Assembly: GCF_006345805.1 (NCBI RefSeq) | Contig: NW_021832414.1 | Location: 1-60,929, forward strand | Reading direction: 5' to 3' | DNA length: 60,929 nucleotides | Source: Octopus sinensis | Taxonomy: Eukaryota | Part shown: positions 23,322 through 35,999 of the stretch, one piece after another | Layout: each line of letters opens with the position of its first letter | How positions within the stretch are numbered: the stretch's first letter is position 1 | Translations under genes and position numbers: made by a program | Notes under the pieces: generated by a model | Told to the model about the DNA's origin: nothing | The model's input: only the letters and a program-made list of their open reading frames with translations | Databases searched by the model: none

Positions 23322-24232
23322 GGATCTTTTCCTCTTGATAGACAGAATTCAACACAATTTCTAGTTAACTAAACGATTTGAAACTTCGTAAACTGGTAGA
23401 ATGTGTTTATAAAACATCATTTTTTCTTGGCTTTATTGAGAAAATTCTATAGGTTGTAAGATATTTCGTCTTTAATTTCGAGCATTTCGGCAATTTTAAC
23501 CAGTTGCTGGAGTCCATTTAGGTAAACAATATTCTATGCTGTATGAATATGTCCCTCCTTTAAGAAACAGATTGGGTTTATTTACATTTGTGAAGAAAAA
23601 AGATACTCTTCCCCCACCCCTAACTCTTACCCTAAATCTAAAATAGATTGAAATAGATCGTGCTGTATGAATAAGTCCCTCCTTTAAGAAACAGATTGGG
23701 TTTATTTATATTTGTGAAGAAAAAAGATACCCTTCCCCAACCCCTAACCCCAAATCTAAAATAGCTTGAAATGCAATAGATCGATACTAGGGCCATAATT
23801 ATGGGTGACAATTTCATACGACACCGCTACGGAAAATGGGACTTTTTTCTAGCGATGTCAAATGAAAATGTCACCCATAATTATGGCCCTAATATCGATC
23901 TATTGCATTTCAATCTATTTTAGATTTAGGGTTAGGGGTTGGGGAAGGGTATCTTTTTTCTTCACAAATATAAATAAACCCAATCTGTTTCTTAAAGGAG
24001 GGACATATTCATACAGCACGGAATATTGTTTACCTAAATGGACTCCAGCAATTGGTTAAAATTGCCGAAATGCTCGAAATTTCAGACGGAATATCTTACA
24101 ACCTATAGAATTTCTCAATAAAGCCAAGAAAAAATGATGTTTTATAAACACATTCTACCAGTATACGAAGTTTAAAAGTGTTTAGTTAACTAGAAATTAT
24201 GTTACAAAGTGCTGTTCAAAAGGAAAAGATCC
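23322..24232. mobile_element. Non-coding foldback/MITE-like element with ~340-bp TIRs and an internal partial duplication
   Basis: Ends ggatcttttcc…ggaaaagatcc; arms ~23322-23660 and ~23896-24232. Family fragments at ~915-1337 and ~54740-54840. Confidence 0.8.
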
Positions 24233-25109
24233 CTAGTTTATTTATAATCATAATCTATGCCGTTTGAAAGTTATAAGAAATTTCATTTAAAAAAAAAAAA
24301 CATTTTCTAAAAGTTATGAGGGAAAAACTCAGATCTTGTGAATTTTCCTAAGTTCTTGCCAAAAGGTTGATTTTTTCGTATGTCAAAACGAAATTTCACC
24401 AAAAGTAACTCATTTAGCATGAAATATAATGTGTATAAAACAAGTCTCAAGAAATATTTCCCAGAAACTGAATATCAAAGACAATTTACCTTAAAGATAA
24501 TTTAAGATCCGATTTTTCTGGTCAGGTGCCATAAAAACAAAAACAAAAAAAGAATGGCGATCCAAAGTACAAAACTGCGTGTGGGTAAACGAAACGAAAC
24601 GAATACGTTATGAGATTTTAAAGTTGTTTTTTTTATAAAAATGGATTCTTTTTCATGATAAAAGGATAATTAATTCAAAGTATTAAAAATCCTAGGCTTC
24701 ACGGGCTGAAAGGAGAAATTTCTAATAATGAGAATAAAAATAACAAGGGAATAAAAATAACAAAACAAAAAAAATTGTAAGCGTTGTAAACCAGTTCAAA
24801 GAAGACTTTTATCCAAAATTTATTTGGATGGCTTACAAAATTCCTCGAAAGACACACACTGCATAATATTAAAATGAGAGGTGAAATTTCATCGGCAGAT
24901 AAGACTGCTTGTAAAATTACCTTTCCATTCATAAGCTTCTATATTTGCTCAGAGTCAACTCCTCGCACCGATTCTCATTTTGCCTCCAAAACTTCAACAA
25001 CCTAATCTTTCAGACACTTGAATGCTTGGTTAATGTCAGGCTCTCTCCAACGTCCCACAATCAGGTTGCACTGCTCAAGCGATTTGGGAGTCTTGGTCTT
25101 CCTAAGTGT

Positions 25110-25148
<39 letters not shown>

Positions 25149-25814
25149 GCTTCCTTTCCTCCACTCACACCTGCTTCACCCTGGGGAGCAACATTCTCTC
25201 CTCTCCAACATGGACCAGTTCCAACAGGGAGTTGGATGAAGCTCTCCAACACTGGAGTGAATTGGGCTTGTCTGATCCTGCAGAGAACAATGGATTTAGT
25301 TGGTGGTCTGTTATCTTAATTCTAGCTTTTAGTGGCCTAAGAGAGGTTAGAAGGGTCAAGTGGTGAACACGTTATTTCAGCCTAGCTAAGGCAATCTGTC
25401 AAATGTAAAACTGCTCTCACAGAAAAACTATTGTTCCACCATGAGAATAGTTCTGTTGAACTGTTACTTGAAATCTGGCTATGGTGAATCAAATCCACTT
25501 CATGTCTGCAAGATTTACCACACATACGTAGTTCAATTTAGAAAAGCAAAAGATGAAGACAGGTGTAGGAACAACAAGCAAGTGTATTAGTTTGACACTC
25601 AGGAAAAATGGGAAAATTCTTTTACATTTTGTGGCTACACTTTTTAACAGAAAGGGATAAGAGAAAATAAATAGAAAGGGGATGAAAAAAACACATAGAG
25701 TCCAACATGGCGAATATATACATACTTACATATGAGGGTGGGGCTGAAAAGTTCCTGGCATTGGGTAAAAGAAAATACAGGAGGACCAGTTAATTAGGAT
25801 AGTTTTCATGACTA

Positions 25815-26465
25815 AATGAAGATATTTAAATCTATTTCAATTATTGCATTTACTATAAAAGTTTTAGGGAGATTTTGTTACTATATCAAAGCTGCTTTGT
25901 AGCACCTTCTCCACACACAATCTTTTAATTAAGGGAAATTTGGCTGCTTAAAAAAACATTTTACTAGGGTCCCTTGTAATTCCTGGCAGAAATTTGAAGC
26001 CTTCTAAGGAGAAAACTAAAATATTGAAATTTATTTCAATTATTAGGCTTACTATAAAGATTTAAAGTAGATTTAGTTACTATTTGAAGGCTGCCTAGTG
26101 ACCCCTTCTTCACACACACATACACACAATCATTTTGTTAATGGAAATTTGGTTCCTTAAATAATAAAGTTATTTAAAAATACAATCCTTGTAATTCCTA
26201 GCAGAGATTTCAATCATCCACTTCTGTGTTAGATTACTACTTCTCAACACCTAGACCTACTGGGCATCCAAAGCAGCAACAATCTAATTGAGAAAATTAA
26301 GATATTTAAATTTATTTCAATTATTGGGCTTACTATAAATATTTGAAGGAAATTTGGTTACTATGTGTGACCCCTTGTTCACACAATCTTTTCTTGAGGG
26401 ATATTTGGTTGCTTAAATAAAAATACTCAATAAGAGCCCTTGTAATTCCTGGCAGAGATTTGAAA
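25815..26465. repeat. Three diverged ~190-270-bp direct repeats
   Basis: Recurrent atttaaat.tatttcaattatt…ttactataaa…cacacaatc…aatttgg…ccttgtaattcct.gcagag. Confidence 0.7.
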
Positions 26466-26859
26466 TATTTACTTGTGTGTTATGTTTCTACATCTCAAAA
26501 CTCATCCCTTATTTTAGTTGAGGGAAATTTGGTCCAGCATGAACCATTGTGCCAGGTGTTGCACTCAATTCTGGTTCTAGTTACTGTGTGTTCAGTGGGG
26601 CCAGTGGCTCAACTGCCACTAACTGCAGTAGTTGAAACTCCTTAATCCATGCAGTATTCTTTCCAGCATGCATCACATATTTTGTCTTGGATGCAACCTT
26701 GTTGAATGTGGTGTTGTATATCACAACCTAACCTATTCCAAAGAATAGGATTACAGCAAACCTTAATGGTCATTTTATTAAGTTTTTGGCCAATGATAAT
26801 TTACGACCACCTGAAGCACTCCAGTGGTTGAACAGAATTTTGTTCAAGTAGTTGCCGAA

Positions 26860-27400
26860 ATACCTTGTCTTTCAATCAAAATGCTTCAGTGCAGTTTTCA
26901 CAGTTTGTATGTCCCTTTCAGCAGCACTGTTAGATACCAGACTGTAAGCAGGTGTCTCAATCTTTCTGCAACCCATAGATGACAACATATTCTTTAATGC
27001 AACAAATTCAGGTCTAATGCTCAATACTAAAGCTGTGGGCATACCAAAATGAGTGAAGACATCCAGCAGCTTGTTTTTTACTGTCTCAGATGAGCAATTA
27101 GGACACAAGAAAGTCTCGATCCATTCTGAATAGGCATCTACAATTATAAGTATGTTACCGATGTTTGGAACATAAGTCTAAACATTCCCCTATGCACACG
27201 TCCCCAGTACCCAGAAATAGACCATGAATCATTTGCCTTCACTAAATTTGGCCTAACTCTGGCAACTATTGCAAGATTTGTCAAACTTCTCCACCGAGTA
27301 AGCCAACTCAGGCCAACAAACACCTTAATTCGTGCCTTCTTAATTGTTTGTTGAATGCTCATGTGTATTTTAGCTAATACTGTGGCTGTATAAGGTGCTG
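26860..27400 (-). mobile_element. Decayed retroviral-like (Gypsy-type) integrase remnant
   Basis: Fragments TVKNKLLDVFTHFGMP…ETPAYSLVSNSAAERDIQTVKTALK, preceded by a zinc-binding-like segment (IQQTIKKAR…WP…KSCNSCQ across frames). Confidence 0.65.
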
Positions 27401-27864
27401 GGATAAACAGATGACTTTTATGATATATTAAGCCATTTTCGCATGTTAGGAAATCCTTCTCTTTAACAAATTCACATTACAGGTTTGAACCCGATCTCTA
27501 ATTATGTTGTAAAATTCTTTTTTATTTTTTTATATAATGCATTTGCATTTAGTCTCATTATATCTCAGTCAAGAAAGGACGTTGACATGTCGAATACTTT
27601 TATCAGAAACGTGCTTAACAACAAAATCTTACTGTGATAGGATCAAAATCCCCTTGGCTATTTTTGTAAAGTACATCCAGATACATCTAAATATTTCACA
27701 AACAGAGTTTTTAAAGGTGATCTGTTTCCAGGTAAAACTGAGTAATGAGCTGGTTACCAGAATGTAATAATTGTTGTCTAGATTGAAAGCAAAAATGATG
27801 TTGATTCCATGAAAGAAAGAGTGGCCGAAGTTGTTGGTAACATTTATTTATCTATTACATAGAA

Positions 27865-28077
27865 TCCTTTCTGCTTGAGTCACAAGGCCTCGAATTTGTA
27901 GGGAGGAGACAAGTTGATTACATCAACCTCAGTGTTTCACTGGTACTTAATTTATCAACCCTGAAAGGATGAAGGGCAAAGTCGACCTCAGCAAAATTTG
28001 AACACAGATCTTAACAGCAGATGAAATACTGCTAAGTATATCGCCTGGCATGCTAACGATTCTGCCAGCTTACTGCA
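27865..28077 (-). mobile_element. Decayed tRNA-derived SINE (second family)
   Basis: Minus strand gctggcagaatcgttagca…ttcaaatt…gaggtcgactttgcccttcatcc…aagtaccagt. Confidence 0.65.
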
Positions 28078-28169
28078 TTTTTTTCATTACATATAATAAA
28101 CAAGCAAGCATGTATAAAAACAAAGGAAAAGCATACAATGTAACAAGAGTTATATTTCCATGTAAAAGG

Positions 28170-29870
28170 GTAAGTCAGGTGGTACTGACAGTGGCCACGC
28201 TCAAATGGTGCTTTTTATGTGCCACCTGCACAGGAGCCAGTCCAGCAGCTCTGGCAATGACCTTGCTCGAATGTTTTTTTCATGTGACACCAGCACAAGT
28301 GCCAATAAGGTGACACAGGTAATGATCACGCTTGAATGGTGCTTTTTACATGCCATCAGCATGGAGGCCAGCTGGTTGCTCTGGCAACAATCATGCTCGT
28401 ATGGTACTCTTACCACTTCACTAGCACGGATGCCAGTCATCGAATTTGATTTTGATTTCACTTGCCTCAACAGGTCTTTGCAAGCAGAGTTTAGTGTCCA
28501 AAGAAGGAAAGGTACATATAAGTGGGCTGGTTACACCCCTAGCATAGGTCACAAGGTTATGGTCTCACTTGAGCTTTCTGAGTCTTCTCAAGCACAGCAG
28601 ATTTCCAAAGGTCCCGGTCACTGGCCATTGCCTTGGGGAGGCCCAATGTTCGAAGGTCATGCTTCACCACCTCGTCCCAGGTTTTCCTGGGTCTACCTCT
28701 TCCACAGGTTCCCTCAACTGCTATGGTGTGGCACTTTTTCACACAGCTATCCACATCCATTCTTGCCACATGACCATACCAGCGCAGTCATCTCTCTTGC
28801 ACACCACATCTGATGCTTCTTAGATCCAACTTTTCTCTCAGGGTACTTACACTGTTGAGTATGCACACTGACATTACACATCCATCGGAGCATACTGGCT
28901 TCATTCTTTGCGAGCTTACGCATGTCCTCAGCAGTCACAGCCCATGTTTCACTGCCATATAGCACCAGCAGATGTAAGAACTCTCAGAACTTTATCCAGG
29001 ATATTCTTATTCTAGCAGCTACACTTTCAGTGCACCCTCCCCAGCTATTGACTTGGCCACCTAGGTAACGGAAGCTATCAACTATTACTAGTTTTTCTCC
29101 CTGGAATGTGGCAGAAGTTGTTCTCTGCACATTTTCAGTGTTTATTGCTCCTGAGCATCTGCCACATACAAACACTAACTTCCCATTTAGCCTTCCTTTG
29201 ATATTGCTGCACCTCTTATGTGTCCATATCTTACACTGGGTACATCTTATAGAGTTTCTACTTACGCCTTTTCTACAGATCGAGCAGGGCCATCTACTTG
29301 AAGGGATTTGTGGTTTGCCTGCCTTCCTACTTATTAGGACTTTGATTTTAGCTATGTTGACTCTAAGGCCCTTCTAATCCACACTTGAAAATTTTCCTTT
29401 AGTTCTGATAGTGACTCAGCAATTAGAGCAAGGTCATCAGCATAGAGGAGCTCCCAGGGGCATCCTGACTTGAATTCCTCTGTTATTGCCTGGAAGACTA
29501 TGATAGATAGGAGGGGCTGAGGACTGAACCTTGGTGGACCCCTACCTCTACCCAGAATTCTTCACTGTACTTGTTGCCAACTCTCACCTTACTAACATCA
29601 TCCCCGTACATGGCTCATACAGCTCTCACTAACCATTCATCTATCCCTAGTTTCCTCATTGACCACCAGATAAGGGATCAGGGGACCCTGTCAAAGGCTT
29701 TCTCCATGTCAACGAAAGCCAGGTACAGAGGTTAATCTTTGGCTAGATATTTCTCCTGCAGCTATCTTACCAGAAATATAGCATCAGTGGTGCTTTTCCC
29801 TGGCACAAAACTAAGCTGCATCTCATCCAAACTGACTCTTTCTCTAATTAGTTGGGCACATGACCTACCT
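28170..29870 (-). mobile_element. Decayed RTE LINE: RT C-terminal part plus 3' UTR; older endonuclease-like remnants at ~30700-31070
   Basis: LYGSETWAVTAEDMRKL, FVCGRCSGAIN and GTCGRGRPRKTWDEVVK are homologous to 38272-39507. Confidence 0.85.
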
Positions 29871-31281
29871 AACTAGAGATTTTTAGCATCTTAGTAACTA
29901 TACATGATGGTCCAGCTGCCTTCATATTAATTGCTCTATTTATTTCAATACTGTGAGCTTGGATGACCTCTCTCCTCCTTGCATTCTCCACATATTACAA
30001 TCTTTCATGCTTCCTTCTTTCCCCATACCAGTAAATGTAACTGCATCACTTTGTTCTGAATGCTTATCCTCGACATCACAATTTTCTCAAGCATACACTC
30101 TTGCATTTGATCGTTGCTTTACTGAACATATACCAATTTCTTACTGTTACAATTTTATCCCCCAAAATACACAAAATGCCGAGCTTCTTTTTTAACTTCT
30201 TGAAATTGCTCTTTACTTACCCCATCTCTCCAGTTTTTCAGCAACTATATCTTTGCTTTAATGACTATCTAGTGGTGCTCCACCACCATGTCTGTCTAGC
30301 CAAGACCCAGTACCAGCCACAGATTTAGTCTGTAACCTCGATAGGTTTGTCCCATAAAAGCTGTCAAATTTCCTCAAAGTTATCATGTCCTTCTTTTTTC
30401 TTTGAATCTACAACAGGCCAAAGTCTTCTTACTCTACGTTGTCTTTTTGAGTTAGTATAGCTCTTAGTCTTAAGTGACTAATTACTAATTTTTGTTAGAT
30501 AAAACACTCTTCACCCAAAGGAGTTAGTATTTACAATTATCTGTCTATACTATTTCCTAAAATGTATGCACTTTATATTTGTCTAATTGGTTGGTGTCCA
30601 TTTTCCTAAATTTGGTATTGCAAATGAATAAACTCATTTATATCACAGGACTTCAGAAACCTTGATCCCTCATCATTCCATACCCATAGCTACCATATAC
30701 TCCAGAAAAATTATTGTGGTATTGTCCACTGATATCACCAGCTGAGTTTGACATCTTCTGGTAATCTACAAGAGGGCTCTTAAAAGCAGTCTTTGTTCAT
30801 CTACCAGTGCTGTTTGCGATGTATACGAGGTGATAACTATTATAATTACTTTGTCAATGGCTTGCATAAGTTTATTCTATCACATCTCAGTTAATTCATC
30901 TATTCATTTCTTTGTTAAGAGCACACTAACTCCACTCATCCTATTGTCAATGTCCACCCAGAAAGATTTGTACCTTTGTTGCTTGGTTGTGAGGAGTCTG
31001 AAACAAAGCTTCTCTCCACTTTGTCTCTCACTCCAGCATTTCTACAATCATTCCTCACCTACCTTTCATTGTACTAATGATATTAGTGGCAGTCCTATGT
31101 TTTGAATCTAACAGGAAGAGGGAGAGTTCTGAAATGGGTAGGATAAATTGGTATCTGTCTTCCACATCTGAAATTAAGAAAGTTTTCACAATCCTTTCTC
31201 ATACATTGCTTCATGTTTCAATCAAGCTGATTTATTTAAAAAATTTTTTCTGTTCCCTCACCCTTCACCAAATTACTAACA

Positions 31282-31945
31282 CCCTAGCAGTTGAGGGAAC
31301 CTGTGGAAGAGGTAGACCCAGGATGAGGTGGTGAAGCATGACCTTCGAACATTAGGTCTCACCAAGGCAATGACCAGTGACTGAGACTTTTGGAAATATG
31401 CTGTGCTTGAGAAGACCCGGCAAGTCAAGTGAGACCATAACCTCGTGGCCTAAGCCAGGGGTGTAACCAGCCCACTTATGTGTACCTTCCCTTCATTGGA
31501 CACTGCTTATGAAGACCTGTTGAGGCAAGTGAAATTGGAATCGAAATCAAATTTGATGACTGTCATCTGTGCTAGTGGAGCACTAAGAGCACCATTCGAG
31601 CATGATCTTTGCCAGAGCAGCTAACTGGCGTTCGTGCCAGTGGCACGTAAAAAGTACCATTCGAGCGTGATCGTTACCAGCATCGCCTTACTGGCAGGTG
31701 ACACATAAAAAAAAACATCATTTTTCCGTAGCCGTTGCCAGTACCGCCTGACTGGCCCTCGTGCCAGTGGAACGTAAAAGCACCCACCACACTCTCGGAG
31801 TGGTTGGCATTAGGAAGGGCATCCAGCTGTAGAAACTCTGCCAGATCAAGATTAGAGCCTGGTGCAGCCATCTGATTCGCCAGTCCTCAGTCAAATCGTC
31901 CAACCCATGCTAGCATGGAAAGCGGACGTTAAACGATGATGATGA
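31282..31945 (+). mobile_element. RTE LINE 3' end (last codons, 3' UTR, (GAT)n)
   Basis: LAVEGTCGRGRPR followed by the UTR modules and tail. Confidence 0.85.
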
Positions 31946-32099
31946 TAGCAAGGTGAAATAAATAGAAGTATATCAAGTTGTGCATATGTAAGTATAGATG
32001 TATGCACACACACACACATGTATACACAGAATAACATTGAACCAAAAGTAATACAAAAGTGGGCATTACTTTTTAATTAAGCGACACAGGTCATTCAAA

Positions 32100-33060
32100 T
32101 TGCACTTTGAGTAGCAGAGTAATTCTTCCTCTATATACAAGTACTGTTCAACAGTTTCCATCTCAAGTGATACATTTGCACCATCATTGAACTGAACTCT
32201 TCAAAAGTAGTTCAGATGTGCACAGCTGTACCTACTTCTTCACAGCTACTTTCACCTCTTCTGTGTCATCGAAATCTCGTCCCCAAAAATTGCCCTTCGT
32301 TGCACTGAACAGGTGGCAGCTGGATGGTGCCAGATTCAGGCTGTCTAGCAGATGGTGGAACTACTGACCAGCCCAATTTTCCAACTGTTTGATTGTCACT
32401 TACAGTTTTTGTGGCCACACACTGTCATGGCAAATGTGATACATTTTCAGATTCTTATTCAGTCTCTTCCGCCCTATGGCTTCTCGAAGCTATTTCAATA
32501 TTTTGATATATTCCAGAAATCAAAGAGAATGAAAACCTCCAAAACTATTACCATGACTTTCTATGCATATTGGGCTTTGGAGAAGAGGTGTTAACCCACT
32601 CCATGAACTGAGCCTTCATTTTTTTTTTATCACAAAGATATACTCACATTTCATTCCCTATTACTAGATTAGAAAAGAAAATGTGCCTTAAATGGTTTTC
32701 AAATGCTTCCAGTAGATTAGAGCACACTTCCACTTTTCTCTCTTTCAAATTGCATGTCAACTGCCAAGGTACCCATTTTGCACAAACTTTCTGATACCCA
32801 AAGTCTTGAACCCTCTTCTGTAATATTGTGACCATAATCCAATTGCACAACAAGCTCACAGACTGTGACTCAATCTGTCACTATTTATCTACTTGATGGT
32901 GGTTCATTTCAGTGATTGCAGTTTATGGTCTGCCAATTCACAGTTTGTCTTTAGTGCTGATTTCTATTCTTCATCAATCTGTGCACACTGCTCTTGCCAC
33001 TGGTGTTATTTCTGTAAATAACTTGTAGCCTTCTGTAGGTATCAGTTTGCACTCCTTCAT
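32100..33060 (-). mobile_element. Decayed mariner-family transposase
   Basis: GYQKVCAKWVPWQLT (WVP motif) and LVIGNE (degenerate IVTGDE). Confidence 0.7.
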
Positions 33061-33489
33061 TAAGAATTCAATGAAGGTACAGTAAAGTGCTACACACACA
33101 CAAAAATATATATATTGAAGAGAGACAGACAGACTGAGATATTAGAGTGTATTAAAAATGAACCCAATTGATAGAAACATGTCCCTTCTCCATATGAAGA
33201 AAAACACACATAAACAGAAACCAATATAACTGAAACAGTTAAAATGGAACCCTCTCCCTCTCTCTGAGTATGTGTTGTTCTTTCTGTACCCTTTTACTGT
33301 TTACCTCTCTCATTCTGTGTGTTTGCTTTCAGTAAATTTCAGTGTTATCTATATAGCTAGATTTCTAACTTTTTGTCATCATGACACACGAACAGAGAAG
33401 CATGTACAGACACACACACACACACACACTTGCAAAAGACAATTGTTTATAAAAACTCATGATGAGGTTACAGAGGTGTGACAAAAATA

Positions 33490-33980
33490 TTCAGAAATCA
33501 AATTCGATGACAGCACCGCATGACTGGCATCTGTGCTAATGGAGCGCTAAGAACACCATCCAAGCATGATCGTTGCCAGGGCCACTGACTGGCCCCTGTG
33601 CCAGTGGCATGTAAAAAGCACCATTCGATGTGATCGCTACCAGCGTCGCCTTACTGGCACTTGTGCCGGTGGTACGTGAAAAACAACATTCAAGCGAGGG
33701 CATTGCTAGTGCCGCTGGACTGGCTCCTGTGCAGGTGACATGTAAAAACAACATTTGAGCATGGCCGTTGCCAGTACTACCTGACTGGCCCCCATGCTGG
33801 TGGCACGTAAAAAGCACCCACTACACTCTCAGAGTAGTTGGCGTTAGGAAGGGCATCAAACTGTAGAAACTCTGCCAGATCAGATTGGAGCCTGGTGCAG
33901 CCATCTGGCCAACCAGTCCCCAGTCAAACTGTCCAACCCATTCCAGCATGGAAAGCAGATGTTAAACAATGATGATGATG
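33490..33980 (+). mobile_element. RTE LINE 3' UTR with tandem ~55-60-bp modules
   Basis: Repeated gtgcc.gtggca.gtaaaaa.cacc units, then the standard tail. Confidence 0.8.
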
Positions 33981-35782
33981 TATGCAAGCATTCACTAATA
34001 AAAAAAAAATATGGAAGGATTTATTATATTTGCTAAATATTTGGTGGTACCATACTGCATAAGAAAATATAAAGCAACTAGCAGAGTTACCCGGCGTTGC
34101 CTGAGTTACATACAATTGAAGAATTAGACTTTTCTGTTATATTTTCTGAAATGAACTGGAATACCTATGTTTCGAATTTCATCAAAATTGCAGATGAGGG
34201 TTATTTCCCTCTTTACACACCCTAGAAGAATTGTAATCGTGCCACATGTATCCCATACAACTGATTTTTATGCGCAGATTCCAAAATTCCAGTCTTATAG
34301 AACCTGTTACAAGGATTTTGCTCCTGAAAAATGAAGGTCATGGAGCTCTAAAATGTGAGAGTTAAAGCCTCTATTGGGGGTGGTCATTTTAATGTCAAGC
34401 AGAGAAGTTGAATTGCTGAGAATCTTTTTAACTTGGGTCTTACTTCTATTGTTTGAATTTCTTTGAAATAGGAAATATATGTATGTTCACTGGGTTTGTA
34501 AAAGAGAGCAAAGCTACAGGAAACCAGAAGACAAATGATCACAATAAGCAGTCAGCTACCCTACCCTAGTTGTTATCACTTCCAATGTAGGTTCCCTCAC
34601 CATACAGATGACAGGCACAGCCGTAAGATGCATAACGGATCTATAGCAATTGGAAGGGTGTGACCCAACTGAAATCAACATTAACAACTGTGCGACGTGA
34701 GGGCTAAGGAGAAATTAAAGCTTCACCTCTGGAGTTTGCAAATGACCACTATACTGATATGTAACTGGACAGAATAAATTTACAATCTATAAATGTCTTT
34801 GACTAACTAGTCACTCATCTGGGAAGGCCTTGAAATCAATGTTACCATCTGGGGACTATGTGTGACCCAGTGATAATAAAAAGACTGAAAGGAGGACTGC
34901 AACCAAATAACTTTACTCAACACTTTGCAACTGAATCAGTGGAGGCAGAGATGCCTCTCATTTACTTGACAATTTATGCAGCACATTGCAGAAACCACAA
35001 TGTAAGTGTATGTCAAAGCAAACTGTTACCCTGTTGTACCATTGAATTAGAAATAATGCTCAACTTTTATGCTCGGGTAACCCTAGAGCTTCCAAGAGTA
35101 CAACTATTCGTCTTTGCTTAGATAAAATAACAAAATTGTGGGTGTTAAGTCCCCATGAAAGGGTCTTTCTAACTTGTTAGAAGATGAAATTTTATAAATA
35201 TTACTTCATTTGTATCTAATATCTATGGTTAAAATTTCATCAACAGCAAAAATATATGAATTGTCATGGGGGTTATGGCCCTTATGCATAGAATATAATT
35301 TTCAAATTTTGTAAAGATCCATTCAGTACTTTTGACTTAGTTTTGGATCATAAAAGAAATGACTAAAATTTGGGAGTTAAGGCCCCCATTAGGGTGTCTT
35401 AGAATCCTCATGTGAAGTGGAAACTTCGAGAACACTTCTTGATGTGTGTCAATTACCCATGGTTGAAATTTCATCAACATCGAAAATTTATGAATTTTCA
35501 TGGGGAGTTCTGCCCCCTTTAAGTCATCTGAAATTCAAACCAAACACATTGCACTATACCCACCCTTATGCATTGAATCTAAGTTTCAAATATCATAAGG
35601 ATCCATTCAGTAATTTTGGTCCATGAAATTGTATGAAACACACAGCATTACCCTTCTCCCTAGGCTTGGATTTTGTGTTCCAAATTTCATTATGATCAGT
35701 GCAGCAGTTTTCGAATGTATAAGTAATACACAAACAGATAAAGACATTGTCTTTAATATAATAAATATGAATGTACACATAT

Positions 35783-35852
<70 letters not shown>

Positions 35853-35999
35853 TATATATATATATATATATATCATCATCATCATCATCATCATTTAACG
35901 TCCGCTTTCCATGCTAGCATGGGTTGGACGGTTCAACTGGGGTCTGGGGAGCCCGAAAGCTGCACCAGTCCAGTCAGATCTGGCAGTGTTTCTACAGCT

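Noticed and set aside
24945-25366. Overlapping ORFs around a (CT)n tract; similar stretches at ~48950-49400 and ~57840-58200
   Set aside because: They may be decayed LINE fragments, but no diagnostic motif could be confirmed by eye.
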